Part shown: in pieces, positions 63,150-64,000 of the stretch | Layout: the number at the start of each line of letters is the position of its first letter | Numbering within the stretch: position 1 is the first letter of the stretch | Assembly: GCF_006345805.1 (NCBI RefSeq) | Contig: NC_043000.1 | Span: forward strand, 114,266,001-114,330,000 | Length of the DNA: 64,000 bases | Source of the DNA: Octopus sinensis | Lineage: Eukaryota | Direction of reading: 5' to 3' | The notes under the pieces: generated by a model | The model's database searches: none | What the model saw: the letters and a program-made list of their open reading frames with translations, nothing else | What the model was told of the DNA's origin: nothing | Program-made: the position numbers and the translations under genes

Positions 63150-63700
63150 GATCATCACCTCTCCAACCAGGTTCTGTCATTCTTTTATAGCTATATCCAA
63201 TGGTTTCGCCCTCCCAGCTATCACCTGGATTTCCTTGAAGATGGCATTTGCTTGTCAATGCTGGACACCAATTGATAGTAGCCACTGTCTCAGTCTTGTC
63301 TCAATGAAACCCCTCCATCTAACTTCTACAGGAAAGTGTACTCTACTCCAACCAGCATCTAAATCTTGCAGTAGTGCCTCGTAATATTTAGACAGGCTGC
63401 ATCTAAATTGTCTTCATGGAGAACAGTAAAGTGTATTATATGCTCCTCACACCATAATGTCCGATCCAACTTCTTCCTTGTTAGTATTGGAAAGAGGGAA
63501 TCATACTCTACAACAGCTGCTGCTTCTTCCCATTGTTCATCATTCACAGCTTCTTCTCATTTAGATAACCATTTTGACCTTGACGGACAAACACGACAAA
63601 CCATTTACTGCTATCCTTCTGTGGTTTCTTGCTACCACTAATTGCTTCCACCTGACTACAGAAACTGCAGAAGACCTCATTCTGCCTCCATGTATGCCTT
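63150..63700 (-). pseudogene. Hero/NeSL-type (restriction-like endonuclease) non-LTR retrotransposon C-terminal remnant
   Basis: Minus-strand pieces RHTWRQNEV (cf. GRYTWRHDQVL), FVRQGQ (cf. FVRAGE), LDRTLW...TVLHEDNLDAA (cf. RPDIVLW...LTVPWED) and YEALLQDLDAGWSRVHFPVEVRWRGFIE (cf. KY..L.......W.....VEVGCRGF); frameshifts and stops. Confidence 0.75.
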
Positions 63701-63704
63701 CTCA

Positions 63705-64000
63705 ATGCCTATTTCTTTACTACCCACAAGGGGTTAAACACAGAGGGGACAAACAAGGACAGACAAACGGATTAAATCGATTACATCGACCCCAGTGCGT
63801 AACTGGTACTTAATTTATTGACCCTGAAAGGATGAAAGGCAAAGTCGACCTCGGCGGAATTTGATCTCAGAACGTAATGGCAGATGAAATACCTATTTCT
63901 TTACAACCCACAAGGGGCTAAATACAGAGGAGACAAACAAGGACAGACAAACAGATTAAGTTGATTATATCTACCCCAGTGCATAACTGGTACTTATTTA
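63705..64000 (-). mobile_element. Dimeric family C SINE (runs off the window end)
   Basis: Same aaagaaata|ggtattt(c/t) junction at ~63890 as at ~10515. Confidence 0.8.

Overview
Repeat-dense eukaryotic DNA, most likely from an octopus (inferred from the SINE families and microsatellite load; recalled, not searched). The only host coding sequence I can support is two minus-strand exons of an LRCH-family gene (leucine-rich repeat and calponin-homology protein): 45092-44963 and 32272-32167. They have canonical AG/GT ends, splice in frame and are separated by a 12,690-bp intron. I found no flanking LRCH exons, so the rest of the window is probably intron. It is filled with at least six SINE-like families, piggyBac-, hAT- and Tc1/mariner-type MITEs, a non-autonomous Helitron, and decayed LINE, Penelope and Hero-like retroelement fragments. 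There are also several large fold-back palindromes, minisatellites and a 1.1-kb purine-pyrimidine microsatellite. Nearly all other ORFs in the supplied track are artefacts of repeats. The most interesting signal is a ~190-nt repeat family (3 copies) carrying a minimal Penelope-type hammerhead-ribozyme-like motif with a shared non-canonical core (CUGUNGA-A). Two copies form a tandem dimer later split by a MITE, which resembles a retrozyme; two further hammerhead relics from other families are present. All family assignments come from reading the sequence and from memory, and repeat boundaries are approximate (about +/-10-20 bp).
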